A stretch of DNA of 64,000 nt, from contig JAVJQW010000023.1 in NCBI GenBank assembly GCA_040218735.1, positions 128,001 through 192,000 on the forward strand. The letters are read 5' to 3'. This stretch comes from Deltaproteobacteria bacterium. GTDB lineage: Bacteria > Myxococcota > Kuafuiibacteriia > Kuafuiibacteriales > Kuafuiibacteriaceae. The first letter of the stretch is position 1. Every line of letters starts with the position of its first letter. Below, piece by piece: positions 10,393-19,453 of the stretch. The notes beneath the pieces were generated by a model. That model was given only the letters and a program-made list of their open reading frames with translations, ran no database searches and was not told the DNA's origin. A program made the translations under genes and the position numbers.

Positions 10393-10559
10393 TCCGGCGC
10401 GACGGGAAGATAGGTGCGGAGGCCGAGCTCGAGGGGGGACCGACCCAGCCCCCGCACCGATTGGGACGGGCTCCAGCCTACGGGTCTCGGCCTGGGATTC
10501 AAGGTGAGAACACGTCGGTGCAATGGCGGGGACGTGCGCAAGCCCGTCAGCGCAGGATC
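10391..10559. other. Structured intergenic element bounded by imperfect inverted repeats (candidate ncRNA/terminator/REP-like element)
   Basis: gatccggcgcgacggg (10391-10406) pairs with cccgtcagcgcaggatc (10543-10559); internal stems ggtgcgg/ccgcacc, aggccgag/ctcggcct, gcaccga/tcggtgc. Confidence 0.35.
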
Positions 10560-11809
10560 CAGTCCCGCGGTGAGAGGCCGTCGCGCGCCGCTGCGAGGTC
10601 CGTGTTCGGATCCACGAGGGGCGCACTCGGGCGCCCGTGCGTCGACACGTACGCCTCCGCCCGCACCTCGACGCCCGTGAGCCCACGTGCGGTGAAGTCG
10701 TCGCGGATGTGCCGCGCGAGCTGACGGATCATGTCGGGTTCGGTCGCGAACATCTTCGTCTGGATCTCGGAGAGGTAGTCGCGCGGGTAGGCTTCCCAAC
10801 GTCGGCCGGTGTCATCGGTGACGTGAAAGACGACGAACCCCGCCTTCTCCTTGAGCATGACTCGCCACGCGAAGCGGCTCGCCTCCTCGGTGCGCCCGGC
10901 GTCGCCCGGGTAGAGGTGGTGGCGGAGCGGCATCAGGACCTGCACGGCGAAGTACACCCCGAGCAACGTGACGGGCACACGCGCTCGAGTGTCGCGACGC
11001 ACCGGTGGCTTCACGCGACGCGGCCAGCTCGGCGCGAAGAACAGCGTCGCGTTCACCATCATGAGCCACGGGAAGAGGCCGAGGTTGAACATCGCGATCG
11101 TGAGGACGTGGAACACGACGACGACCGCGAACGCGTAGGGCCGCGACCGACGCCACAACAACCAGCCGACGATCGTGAGATCGAAGAACGCCGCGCCCCA
11201 GCTCGCGACGTACGGCACCCAAGACCAAGCGAGCATCGGACCGATCACCGGGAGATCCGAGTTGGCCGCGAACCAGATCGTCAGCGGCTGCGCGTCGAAC
11301 AACCACTCTGCGTCGAGCTTGGCGACACCCGCGAAGAAGTACACGAGCCCGACCTGCGCGCGCAGCGTCCACAACACCCACCCCGGGACCTCCGCGGGTC
11401 CATCGCGGCGCTTCAACGTGAAGGCGCGGTCGAGCGGGAGGAAGATGCCGAGGAACGCGATGAGGCTGACGAGGTAGTAGTGGTTCAGGTAGTTCGCCGC
11501 GTCGATCAGCTCGACGTACGTGAACAGCAGGAAGAACGCCGCCATCGCGACGCGGTAGTAGACGCCGGCCGCGACGAGCAGCGCCGCCACCGCCATCGCC
11601 GCGAACACCGCGTACATCCCGGCCGGTGGGAGCGGACGCACCCACGCGAAGCCGTAGTACGTGAAGTGCATCGACGGCTGGATGTAGAGCGCTTCGATCC
11701 AGCCGTTGAGCCAGAACCGAATCACCCCGGCGAACATCAGCAGCCCGAACGCAACGCGGTACAGGCCGATCGACGCGGCGTCGACGGCGGACTCGAGGCG
11801 CTGCAACAT
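10547..11809 (-). CDS. HTTM domain membrane protein (vitamin K-dependent gamma-carboxylase-like)
   Basis: RVAFG, YLNHYYL, YFFAGVAKLDAEW, FH...FNLGLFPW, RFAWRVMLKEK, PDMIRQLA, GRP...LVDP..DL. Confidence 0.92.
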   Translation of the reverse strand: MLQRLESAVDAASIGLYRVAFGLLMFAGVIRFWLNGWIEALYIQPSMHFTYYGFAWVRPLPPAGMYAVFAAMAVAALLVAAGVYYRVAMAAFFLLFTYVELIDAANYLNHYYLVSLIAFLGIFLPLDRAFTLKRRDGPAEVPGWVLWTLRAQVGLVYFFAGVAKLDAEWLFDAQPLTIWFAANSDLPVIGPMLAWSWVPYVASWGAAFFDLTIVGWLLWRRSRPYAFAVVVVFHVLTIAMFNLGLFPWLMMVNATLFFAPSWPRRVKPPVRRDTRARVPVTLLGVYFAVQVLMPLRHHLYPGDAGRTEEASRFAWRVMLKEKAGFVVFHVTDDTGRRWEAYPRDYLSEIQTKMFATEPDMIRQLARHIRDDFTARGLTGVEVRAEAYVSTHGRPSAPLVDPNTDLAAARDGLSPRDWILR

Positions 11810-11817
11810 CGCCGGAG

Positions 11818-12867
11818 TCAGTCTCCGTCGTTGTCCGAGAACGTCGTCGTAACGCCGAGCTGGCTCGCGAGGTCCGCGGCGACCAGACGGAGCAGCGCGC
11901 GCAACGCGATGAACGCATCCTCCACGAGCGTGGGGCTGTCGACGATCGCCGAGGAGAGCGGCTCCGGCACCCGGTCCAACGCCGCGCGCGAGGCGGCGAT
12001 CTGGCCGAGGATGCGCTGATCGAGCGTGGGGTTCGCGCCGGCGACCAGCGCCTCGATGCCGCCGCTCTCGTTCGATCCGTAGTCGCCGGTGTAGACCGCG
12101 GCGACGCCTTCGAGACCCGCGCGTACGTCGGCGAGCGCCGCGCCGCTGCGTCGGACTTCGATCGCGTCGAGCTGCGGCACGCCGCCGTCACGACGACCGA
12201 GCGGGAGCGCGAGCCGCTCGCCTTCGAGTAGCTGAAGGACCTCGATGACGGAGTTGACGAGATCGTCGACCGCCATCGACCCCTCCGCCGCGAACTCCGT
12301 GCGGTAGCCCTCGCCCTTCCAGGCGTCGGCGAGGCGATTCGACTGCGTGACGAGGTCGACCGCGAGCGCGTCGATGTAGAGGCAGCGTCGACTAGGCTCG
12401 GCGTCCCCGAGCTCCGACGCGACGTCACCTTCCCACAGCAGATACTCCAGCACCGGGAGGCCGCGCGCGGCGACGCCGAGGCCCGAGATGTACGTGGCGT
12501 CGATCGGTGCGTCGCCGTTCAGGACCTCGAGCAGATCGTCTTCGCGCAGCGGCAGGAACTCGACGGCGTTCTTGATGCGCAGGTCGCGCACGGGACCGAG
12601 CTCGTACGCCTCCGCGATCCTCCAGGGCCGGCGCACGTCCTTCCACGCGATGCGCGCGGCGTCGAGCGCGGTCGAGGTGCGGGTCTCGCAGAGCGTCGAG
12701 GTCGCGCGTTCGAGCTCCAACGCTTCGGCGGCGAGGTCGTCGTAGCTCGGGATGATGACGGCGTCCGCGAGCTCGAGGACGAGGGATTCACGATCGACGG
12801 AGGACTGCGTGACGGGATCCGAGCACCCCGCGACCAGGACGACGATGAGCGGCGCGAGCTTTCTCAC
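11818..12867 (-). CDS. Imelysin family lipoprotein (second copy)
   Basis: Lipobox LVAGC from GTG overlapping upstream stop (GTGA); IIPSY, AR.AW, GLPVLEYLLW, C-terminal FSDNDGD. Confidence 0.88.
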   Translation of the reverse strand: MRKLAPLIVVLVAGCSDPVTQSSVDRESLVLELADAVIIPSYDDLAAEALELERATSTLCETRTSTALDAARIAWKDVRRPWRIAEAYELGPVRDLRIKNAVEFLPLREDDLLEVLNGDAPIDATYISGLGVAARGLPVLEYLLWEGDVASELGDAEPSRRCLYIDALAVDLVTQSNRLADAWKGEGYRTEFAAEGSMAVDDLVNSVIEVLQLLEGERLALPLGRRDGGVPQLDAIEVRRSGAALADVRAGLEGVAAVYTGDYGSNESGGIEALVAGANPTLDQRILGQIAASRAALDRVPEPLSSAIVDSPTLVEDAFIALRALLRLVAADLASQLGVTTTFSDNDGD

Positions 12868-14219
12868 AGCGACCCCAAGAAGGACACGATCGCGGCGCGG
12901 TCGTCGACACCGAGGTTGCGGAACACCTCCTTGGAAGTTTCCGCCTCGCCGCCGTGCCAGAGGATCGCCTCTTCGAACGTCGCCGCGCGCCCGTCGTGCA
13001 GCAGCTTGGTGTGGCGGTTCACGGTCTCGAGCAGGCCGATCCCCCACAGCGGCGGCGTGCGCCACTCGGTCCCCGACGCCATCGCCTCGGGGCGGTCGTC
13101 CGCGAGGCCCGGTCCCATGTCGTGGAGCAAGAGGTCCGAGTAGGGGTGGATCGTTTGGCCGGCGAGGACCGCGAAGTCGGCGTCTTCGTGGGTCGTCAGC
13201 GTCGCGACGTGGCAGGCCGCGCATCCTGCCTCGGTGAAGAGCGCTTCGCCGCGGAGGACCTGCGGGTCGTCGACGTCACGCCGCGCCGGGACCGCGAGGA
13301 GCCGACCGTAGTCGGTGACGTTGTCGAGGATGACGTCGAGGAGCTCCGGGTCTCCGCCGGAGATCGCATCGCTACACGGCGCCTGCGCGGCCGTGCACTC
13401 GCCGTCCGCGAAGAGCGACGACGTGATGCCGATGTCCCCGAGGAACGCGGCCGCCGACTGCTGGCGAATCGTCGGCTGCCCGCCCTTCCACCCGAAGCGT
13501 CCGAGCGCCATCGTGTCACGTTCACGATCGTAGGCGACGTTGGCGCGGCCCGAGATGCCGTCGCCGTCGGCGTCGTCCGGATCTTCGAGCGCGTAGATGT
13601 CTTCGGCCGGGACCGCTTCGAGCAACCCGAGCCCGTACACGACCGGCGCGACGCGTGGGCTCACGAGCACGTCGTCCGCGAGCGGGCCGTAGCCGAGCGC
13701 GTCGATCGTGAAGGTCGGCTTCTGCAGCGTGTACGCCGTCCCGTCTCCGTAGGTGCCGTCGGTCGTCTCGTACGCGACCACGGGTGTCCCCTCCGCGGGC
13801 ACGCCGAGCACCGCGTACGGCTGGAGCTGTCCGCCGTACGTCGGCTCGGGTTCGCCGCTCGATACACTCAAGCGAAGGAGCATCGTCTCCATCGGCTCGC
13901 CGAGCGCGGGGGGCTGCCCGCGGCCGTCGCGGACGTGGCACTGCTCGCAGGAGCGTGCGTTGAACAGCGGCCCGAGGCCGTCGCGCGTTTCGGTGGAAGC
14001 GGGCGCGGTCACCCACGGGTCGCGGAAGAGTGCACGCCCTTTGAAGAACGTGCGCTCCGCGTCGCGTTCGAGGCCGGGTGCGTTGCGTGAGTAGGCGTCG
14101 GGCCCGTCGTCGAACACCGTGGCGGCCCCACCGGAGTAGGGATCCGCGGCGGCGGGCGCAGCGGGTTCTTCACCGCTGCACGCGCCGACGAGCAGGAGGA
14201 GCCCGAGCGCCCGTCGCAT
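12864..14219 (-). CDS. Di-heme oxidoreductase family (DHOR/DUF1111) lipoprotein
   Basis: Lipobox VGAC; DGLGPLFN, CEQCH and CAACH heme motifs, GRFGWK, DLLLHDMG, WRTPPLWG, LHDGRA. Confidence 0.93.
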   Translation of the reverse strand: MRRALGLLLLVGACSGEEPAAPAAADPYSGGAATVFDDGPDAYSRNAPGLERDAERTFFKGRALFRDPWVTAPASTETRDGLGPLFNARSCEQCHVRDGRGQPPALGEPMETMLLRLSVSSGEPEPTYGGQLQPYAVLGVPAEGTPVVAYETTDGTYGDGTAYTLQKPTFTIDALGYGPLADDVLVSPRVAPVVYGLGLLEAVPAEDIYALEDPDDADGDGISGRANVAYDRERDTMALGRFGWKGGQPTIRQQSAAAFLGDIGITSSLFADGECTAAQAPCSDAISGGDPELLDVILDNVTDYGRLLAVPARRDVDDPQVLRGEALFTEAGCAACHVATLTTHEDADFAVLAGQTIHPYSDLLLHDMGPGLADDRPEAMASGTEWRTPPLWGIGLLETVNRHTKLLHDGRAATFEEAILWHGGEAETSKEVFRNLGVDDRAAIVSFLGSL

Positions 14220-14224
14220 CCCGA

Positions 14225-15430
14225 CTACTCCGGCAGCTCGACGCTGATGTTGCCGAGGCCCAGCGCCGGACCGATCTCGGCGATCTTGTCGCCCTGGTCG
14301 AAGAGCAGGTTCACGGCGTCGCTGACCTTCGTCCAATCGGCCGAATCGCGCGTGACGATCGCCTGATCGAACGGCACCGGGATCCCGTCCACCGCGGCCT
14401 GGGTGGCCGACAGCGCCGCGTCGAGATCCGCCCCGAGCGTCGCGTCCGCCTCCGTCACGAGGTCGAGGATGCTCGCCCCCGACGTGCCCGCCCAGTTGCC
14501 GCGCAGCACGTTGTCGACGCCCATCGCGTTCATCTGAATGTCGACGTGGGTGTTGTCGCTGAAGCACGAGTGCTCGTCCTCCTGGTCGTTGGTGTCGAGC
14601 GCGACGTCCATCCGCTCGGCCGCCAGCTCACCCTTGCTCAGGATACCCACGGCGCCAATGATCTTCTTGAGGCTCTCGTCCGGGTCCGCGGCCTCGAAGT
14701 CCGCGCGGTAGTTCGCAGCGTCGGGGGCCCATGCGTCGACCATGGCCGTGAGGTCGTCGATCAGCAGCTCGGTGACCGCGACGAGGTACTGGCCGCGGCG
14801 ATCGCCGTTCGGCGCGGTGGCGTTCGCGTCGGTGAGGAAGTCGGTGTACGCGCGCTGCCCAGGGCCGTTGGCGTTGCGGTCCTGCCCCCAGAGGAGGAAC
14901 TCGATCGCGTGGTACCCGGTGGACACCGCCGCCTCCGCGTCGAAGGCGCCGCCGTCGCGCATCACGACGTCACCCTCGCCGCCCTCGTTCAGCGAGGAGA
15001 GGCGCGCCTTGCTGATGTCGATGCTCGTGTCGTTGACGATGCCCGCGAGCGTGGAGCCTTCGACGTAGTCGATGTACGCCTCGTCGAGCGGCCACGCGTT
15101 GAGCTGGCCCTCGGGGCCGTCCGTCGGGTTGTCGATCGGGCCGTCGTAGAAGCGGTAGGCCTCGGTCTGACCGTACGGGACGCGGGCGTCGAGCCACGCC
15201 TGCTTCGCGGCCATGTGCGTGGCCTCGCTCGGCGCGGCGACGAACGCGTCGATCGCGACCTTCATCGCCTGTGCGGTCGTGAGCGACGCCGAGTAGGAGG
15301 TGTGCACCACCTCCGCGTAGCGTGCGATGACCGCCTGGCGCGACGTGCCGACGTTGTCGTCGTCGTCGTCCCCGCCGCTGCAGGCGACGAGCGTGAGGGG
15401 GAGGATGTAGAGGAGCTTCTTTTGCAGCAT
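14225..15430 (-). CDS. Imelysin/IrpA-type iron-regulated lipoprotein
   Basis: Lipobox LVAC; QTEAYRFYDGPID, NAWPLDE, GYHAIEFLLWGQD (HxxE), EDEHSCFSDNT. Confidence 0.93.
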   Translation of the reverse strand: MLQKKLLYILPLTLVACSGGDDDDDNVGTSRQAVIARYAEVVHTSYSASLTTAQAMKVAIDAFVAAPSEATHMAAKQAWLDARVPYGQTEAYRFYDGPIDNPTDGPEGQLNAWPLDEAYIDYVEGSTLAGIVNDTSIDISKARLSSLNEGGEGDVVMRDGGAFDAEAAVSTGYHAIEFLLWGQDRNANGPGQRAYTDFLTDANATAPNGDRRGQYLVAVTELLIDDLTAMVDAWAPDAANYRADFEAADPDESLKKIIGAVGILSKGELAAERMDVALDTNDQEDEHSCFSDNTHVDIQMNAMGVDNVLRGNWAGTSGASILDLVTEADATLGADLDAALSATQAAVDGIPVPFDQAIVTRDSADWTKVSDAVNLLFDQGDKIAEIGPALGLGNISVELPE

Positions 15431-15446
15431 GGAGTTTCTTCCTTCT

Positions 15447-16796
15447 TCAGAACATGAAGCCCGCGCCCACGTTGAGGACGGTCTCCGTGTGGCCCATTCC
15501 CTTTTGGAAGCGGACCACCGCGTCGGACTTCAAGATGACTTGGAGGATCGGCCGGTACGAGAGGCCGACCACGAGATCGGTGCGGGCGAGCGCGGCGTCG
15601 GCCGCGGTTTTGTCGCGCCCTTCGAGCTTCGCCATGGTGTCGTAGTGCTCGACCCGCGCGAACGGGAGGATCTGGTGCTCGGTGTCCACGAGGGAGAGCA
15701 CGTCGTAGGCGATCTCGCCGTACGCGCCGTAGGCCAACGACGCGACGTCGGGGCCCACGAAGTTGCCCGCCGCATCGACCGCGGTGCGCAGCTCGGCGGT
15801 GTCACCGATGGTGAACGCCGCCGCGACGACGCGCGCTTCGATGCCCTTGTAGCGGGTGCGTCCGTCGACCGCGAAGCCGAGGACGGGGACGCCGATGTCG
15901 AGCGCGTTGCCGTCGATGTCGAACAGGTCGGGCGCGTTGGGGCCGGCCTGGCCGTAGTACCCGGCCGCACCGAACACCGTGCCGAGGATCGGCTCGTACT
16001 CGACGCGCGCCGTGACCGCCGGTGAGGACGCGCGCGCGAGGACGAAGTCCTGTCGACCGCCCGCGACCGCGCGGTTGCGTTCGAAGCCGAGCGGGTTGAA
16101 GCCGGTCGTGAGGTACACCTCGTAGTCGAGGCCCTCGGCGAGCGAGCCGAACAGGCCGACACCACCCTCGCGCCAGGTCGACGGGATGATGTTGCGTTCG
16201 ACGGCCGGTCGGTCGACGCCGTGGAAGACCGTGGGCTCGTGCCACTGGTTGATGAAACCCATCGGCATCAGGACCATGCCGAGCCGCACGTTGATGGCGT
16301 CGGTGAGGAGGAACTCGAGCGTCGCCTGTTCGAAGCCCGCGTAACCCGGGAGATCGGCGCCGCCGGCGAGCGCGTGTTCGACTTCGAGCTCGGCGTAGAA
16401 ACGGATCCAGTCCGTGAAGCGGTGCGCGACGAAGAGGATGATGCGACGCAGGTCGGCGACGCCGTCCGGGTCCTCTTGGTTCGCGAGGATCGATTGGTAG
16501 TAGACGATCTCGCCGTAGCCACCGATCGCGGTGTTGGCGGCGATGGCAAAACGGTACGCGCGGAGGCCGCGGGTCAGGTCACGGCGGAGGCGCTCGATCT
16601 CCTCCTGCTCGGAGGTCATCACCGACGAGCCGTCCGGTTTGGCGTCGGCGACGGTCTCGGGCTCCTCGTCCGGGAGCTCGATGATCGGGCCGTCCTCCTC
16701 CCCTTCGGAGGTGAGCGCTGCCGTCGCCGTGTCGACGGTCTGCGCCCCCGCGGTGCTCGTCGCCACGAGCGCGGCCAGGATCCATCCCTCCCACAT
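15447..16796 (-). CDS. Outer-membrane porin (porin O/P-like beta-barrel), probably iron-related
   Basis: Signal peptide; IGGYGE, ELEVEH, INQWHEPT.F.GV.RP, IIPSTWRE, terminal GFMF. Confidence 0.85.
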   Translation of the reverse strand: MWEGWILAALVATSTAGAQTVDTATAALTSEGEEDGPIIELPDEEPETVADAKPDGSSVMTSEQEEIERLRRDLTRGLRAYRFAIAANTAIGGYGEIVYYQSILANQEDPDGVADLRRIILFVAHRFTDWIRFYAELEVEHALAGGADLPGYAGFEQATLEFLLTDAINVRLGMVLMPMGFINQWHEPTVFHGVDRPAVERNIIPSTWREGGVGLFGSLAEGLDYEVYLTTGFNPLGFERNRAVAGGRQDFVLARASSPAVTARVEYEPILGTVFGAAGYYGQAGPNAPDLFDIDGNALDIGVPVLGFAVDGRTRYKGIEARVVAAAFTIGDTAELRTAVDAAGNFVGPDVASLAYGAYGEIAYDVLSLVDTEHQILPFARVEHYDTMAKLEGRDKTAADAALARTDLVVGLSYRPILQVILKSDAVVRFQKGMGHTETVLNVGAGFMF

Positions 16797-16812
16797 GTGC
16801 CGGTTCGCTGTT

Positions 16813-16831
16813 AATGATTCTGAGAATCATT
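16813..16831. promoter_or_regulatory. Fur box
   Basis: Perfect 9-1-9 AT-rich palindrome AATGATTCT-G-AGAATCATT just upstream of the porin ATG, in a GC-rich context; resembles GATAATGATAATCATTATC. Confidence 0.85.
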
Positions 16832-16902
16832 TGCAACTTATTTTCCCCGTAGGTCGGCGGGTCCTGCGCGGATCCTCGATTGAATTCAGTGGGTTGTATC
16901 GT

Positions 16903-17562
16903 CTACAGCAGGTCGCGGAGCGCCGAGAGCTCCCCGGCGACGAGCTGAGGGAGGCGTTCGGGGGGCTGTCCGAACCGGTTGACCCAGTACACCGTCAGCC
17001 CCGCCGTCGAGGCGCCCGCGGCGTCCCAGGCGTTCGCGGTGCAGAACGCGACCTTGGACTTTTCGACGCCGAAGCGCTCGCCCGGGAGATCGTAGACGGG
17101 CGGGTCCGGCTTGTACGTCGCGATCGGATCGACGGAGAGGATCGCGTCGAGCCGTTCGGTCAGTCCGGCGTGGGCGGCGGCCGTCTCGAGCATCGCCGGC
17201 GATCCATTCGATAGAATCGCGGTACGCACGCCCTGGGCCTTCAGCGCATCGAGCACCTCGGGCACCTCGTCGTACGCATCGATCCGTTCGTAGAGTGACA
17301 ACAGCTCGTCACGCAGCGAGGGGTCGTCGATCTTCACCGCCGCCATCGCGTAGTCGAGCGCCTCGGACGTCACGGTCCAAAAGTCCACGTACCGCTTCAT
17401 CAGCGCGCGCAGCCAAGTGTACTCGAGCTGCTTCGTCCGCCAGATCGCCGACAGCGCGTCGGCGTGCTCGCCCAGCTTCGGCGCGAGCTTTCGCGCCGCG
17501 GAGTGCACGTCGAACAACGTCCCGTAGGCGTCGAACGCGACGACCTCGATCCCCTCTTTCAT
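16903..17562 (-). CDS. Haloacid dehalogenase type II (HAD family)
   Basis: FDAYGTLFDV, WRTKQLEYTW, LSNG, YKPDP, NAWDAAGA. Confidence 0.92.
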   Translation of the reverse strand: MKEGIEVVAFDAYGTLFDVHSAARKLAPKLGEHADALSAIWRTKQLEYTWLRALMKRYVDFWTVTSEALDYAMAAVKIDDPSLRDELLSLYERIDAYDEVPEVLDALKAQGVRTAILSNGSPAMLETAAAHAGLTERLDAILSVDPIATYKPDPPVYDLPGERFGVEKSKVAFCTANAWDAAGASTAGLTVYWVNRFGQPPERLPQLVAGELSALRDLL

Positions 17563-17978
17563 TCGGACTCCTTCAACGCATCCACGAGCGTCGTCCACGC
17601 GAGCGTCGCGCAGCGGGTGCGGCTCGGGAACGCACGCACGCCGAGCAGATCGGCGAGCGCTTCGTCGTCCTCGGTGTTGCCGCGCGCGAGGAGCGTCGTG
17701 AGGCGCTCGGCGAGCGCGCGCGCTTCGTGGGGTGAGCGGCCGTCGACGAGCGTCGTCATCTTCGACGCCGACGCCTTGGCGATCGCGCACCCCCGGGACT
17801 CGAACGCCACGCGCACGATGCTGTCGCCCTCCACCTTCAGATCCACGTCGACCCGATCTCCGCACAGCGGGTTGGAACCGCGCGCGGAGTGCGTCGGATC
17901 TTCGAGGCGCCCCTCGTTGCGCGGGGCCTTCTCGTGTTCGAGCACCCAGGCCCGGTACAGCGCGCGTGCGTCCGTCAT
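17559..17978 (-). CDS. sufU: SUF system NifU/SufU family protein
   Basis: PRNEG, NPLCGD, GCAIAKASAS, R..CATLAW; ATGA overlaps on both sides. Confidence 0.9.
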   Translation of the reverse strand: MTDARALYRAWVLEHEKAPRNEGRLEDPTHSARGSNPLCGDRVDVDLKVEGDSIVRVAFESRGCAIAKASASKMTTLVDGRSPHEARALAERLTTLLARGNTEDDEALADLLGVRAFPSRTRCATLAWTTLVDALKESE

Positions 17979-19156
17979 CCGAAGATCCCTCGCACGTCGT
18001 CCAACCCGGCGACGAGCCGATCGATCTCTTCCGCCGCGTTGTACATCGCGACGGAGAGCCGCACGGTCGCGGGCACACCGAAGTGCTCCATCACCGGCTG
18101 CGTGCAGTGATGACCGGCGCGCACCGCGACGCCGTGGGTGTCGAGGATCGTCCCGACGTCGTGCGGGTGCACCCCCTCCACCGCGAACGACACCACGCCG
18201 GAGCGCTCCTTCGGAGTCCCGATCAACCGCACGCGCGACGACAGCTGCTCCACCGCGTAGTCGAGGAGCGCACGTTCGTGGTTCGCGACCGCGACGAGGT
18301 CGGCGGCTTCGAGGAAGTCCATCGCAGCGGCGAGCCCGACCGCGCCCGCGACGTTCGGCGTACCGGCCTCGAAGCGGTGCGGCACGTCGTTGAACGTCGT
18401 CTCGTCGAACGACACGGTGAGCACCATGTCGCCGCCGAATTGCCACGGCGGCAACGCTTCGAGGTCACGGCCGTAGAGGGCGCCGATCCCCATCGGCCCG
18501 TACATCTTGTGCCCGGACAACGCATAGAAGTCGCAGCCGAGCGCCGAGACGTCGACCGGGCCGTGCGCGAGTCGCTGCGCGCCGTCGACCACGGTCACCG
18601 CGCCGACCTCACGCGCCGCCGCGATGAGCGTCGCGATGTCGTTCACCGAACCGAGGCTGTTCGACACGTGGTTCATCGCGACGATCTTCGTGTTCGGACC
18701 AAGCAACGAAGGGATGGCATCGAGCCGCCAGTCTCCCGCGTCGTCGATCGGGAGCACGCGAAGCGTCGCGCCGGTGCGCAGGCAGAGCTGCTGCCAAGGG
18801 ACGAGGTTCGAGTGGTGCTCGAGCTCGGTAACGAGCACTTCGTCGCCGGGGCCGACCTTCGACCCGTACGCGACGAGGTTGATCGCCTCCGTCGTCCCGC
18901 GCGTGAACACGATCTCGGCGGCGTCCTTCGCGCCGAGGTACCGCGCCACCCGCGCGCGCGCGCCCTCGTACGCCTCCGTCGCCTCGACGCTCAGCGTGTG
19001 CACGCCGCGGTGCACGTTGGCGTTCGAGGTCCGGTAGTACCTGTCGACCGCGTCCAGCACCGCGCGCGGCTTCTGGGTGGTGCTCGCGTTGTCGAGGTAG
19101 GCGACGGGCTTGCCCTCGACCGTGCGCTTGCAGATGGGAAACTCGTCCTCGAGCAC
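17975..19156 (-). CDS. sufS: SufS family cysteine desulfurase
   Basis: YLDNASTTQKP, NVHRGVH, EHHSN, SGHKMYGP, EAGTP, RAGHHC. Confidence 0.95.
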   Translation of the reverse strand: MLEDEFPICKRTVEGKPVAYLDNASTTQKPRAVLDAVDRYYRTSNANVHRGVHTLSVEATEAYEGARARVARYLGAKDAAEIVFTRGTTEAINLVAYGSKVGPGDEVLVTELEHHSNLVPWQQLCLRTGATLRVLPIDDAGDWRLDAIPSLLGPNTKIVAMNHVSNSLGSVNDIATLIAAAREVGAVTVVDGAQRLAHGPVDVSALGCDFYALSGHKMYGPMGIGALYGRDLEALPPWQFGGDMVLTVSFDETTFNDVPHRFEAGTPNVAGAVGLAAAMDFLEAADLVAVANHERALLDYAVEQLSSRVRLIGTPKERSGVVSFAVEGVHPHDVGTILDTHGVAVRAGHHCTQPVMEHFGVPATVRLSVAMYNAAEEIDRLVAGLDDVRGIFG

Positions 19157-19207
19157 CGCGCCGAACGTAGCGCGCCGCGGACGTTCCGTCGAACGGCGAC
19201 GTCGGCT
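19148..19207 (+). repeat. Left copy of ~60 bp direct repeat (overlaps sufS start codon and its upstream region)
   Basis: ctcgagcaccgcgccgaac-gtagcgcgccgcggacgttccgtcgaacg...cgtcggct, near-identical to 20922-20982. Confidence 0.85.
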
Positions 19208-19221
19208 CTAGCGCGATTGAC

Positions 19222-19413
19222 GTGGGGCAGTTCCGCGGCTCTTGTACGCCCGTGGAGCTCACCGCCGAAGAGGAAGGGATAGCGCGTAGTCGAGGCGTCG
19301 CAGTGTTCGCGGATCGCTTGATCCTCGAGGGCGACCCGGCCCGCCTCGAGCTCGCCGAGCGCCTCCGCGCCGTCGCCGACCACCTCGATCAGCGCTTCAA
19401 AAGCCGTTGGTGA
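19222..19413 (+). pseudogene. Short ORF, probable gene fragment
   Basis: 63 aa ORF with protein-like composition (ELTAEEEGIARSRGVAVFADRLILEG) inside the repeat-bounded insertion. Confidence 0.35.
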
Positions 19414-19453
19414 GCGATGGACACCGCGAGCGAAGCGCGCGACCTGAGACGAC

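Noticed and set aside
10404-10500. tRNA-Sec (starts GGAAGAT) or cobalamin riboswitch (cggtgcaat nearby)
   Set aside because: No cloverleaf, UCA anticodon or T-loop; no B12 box, and the region lies downstream of both flanking genes
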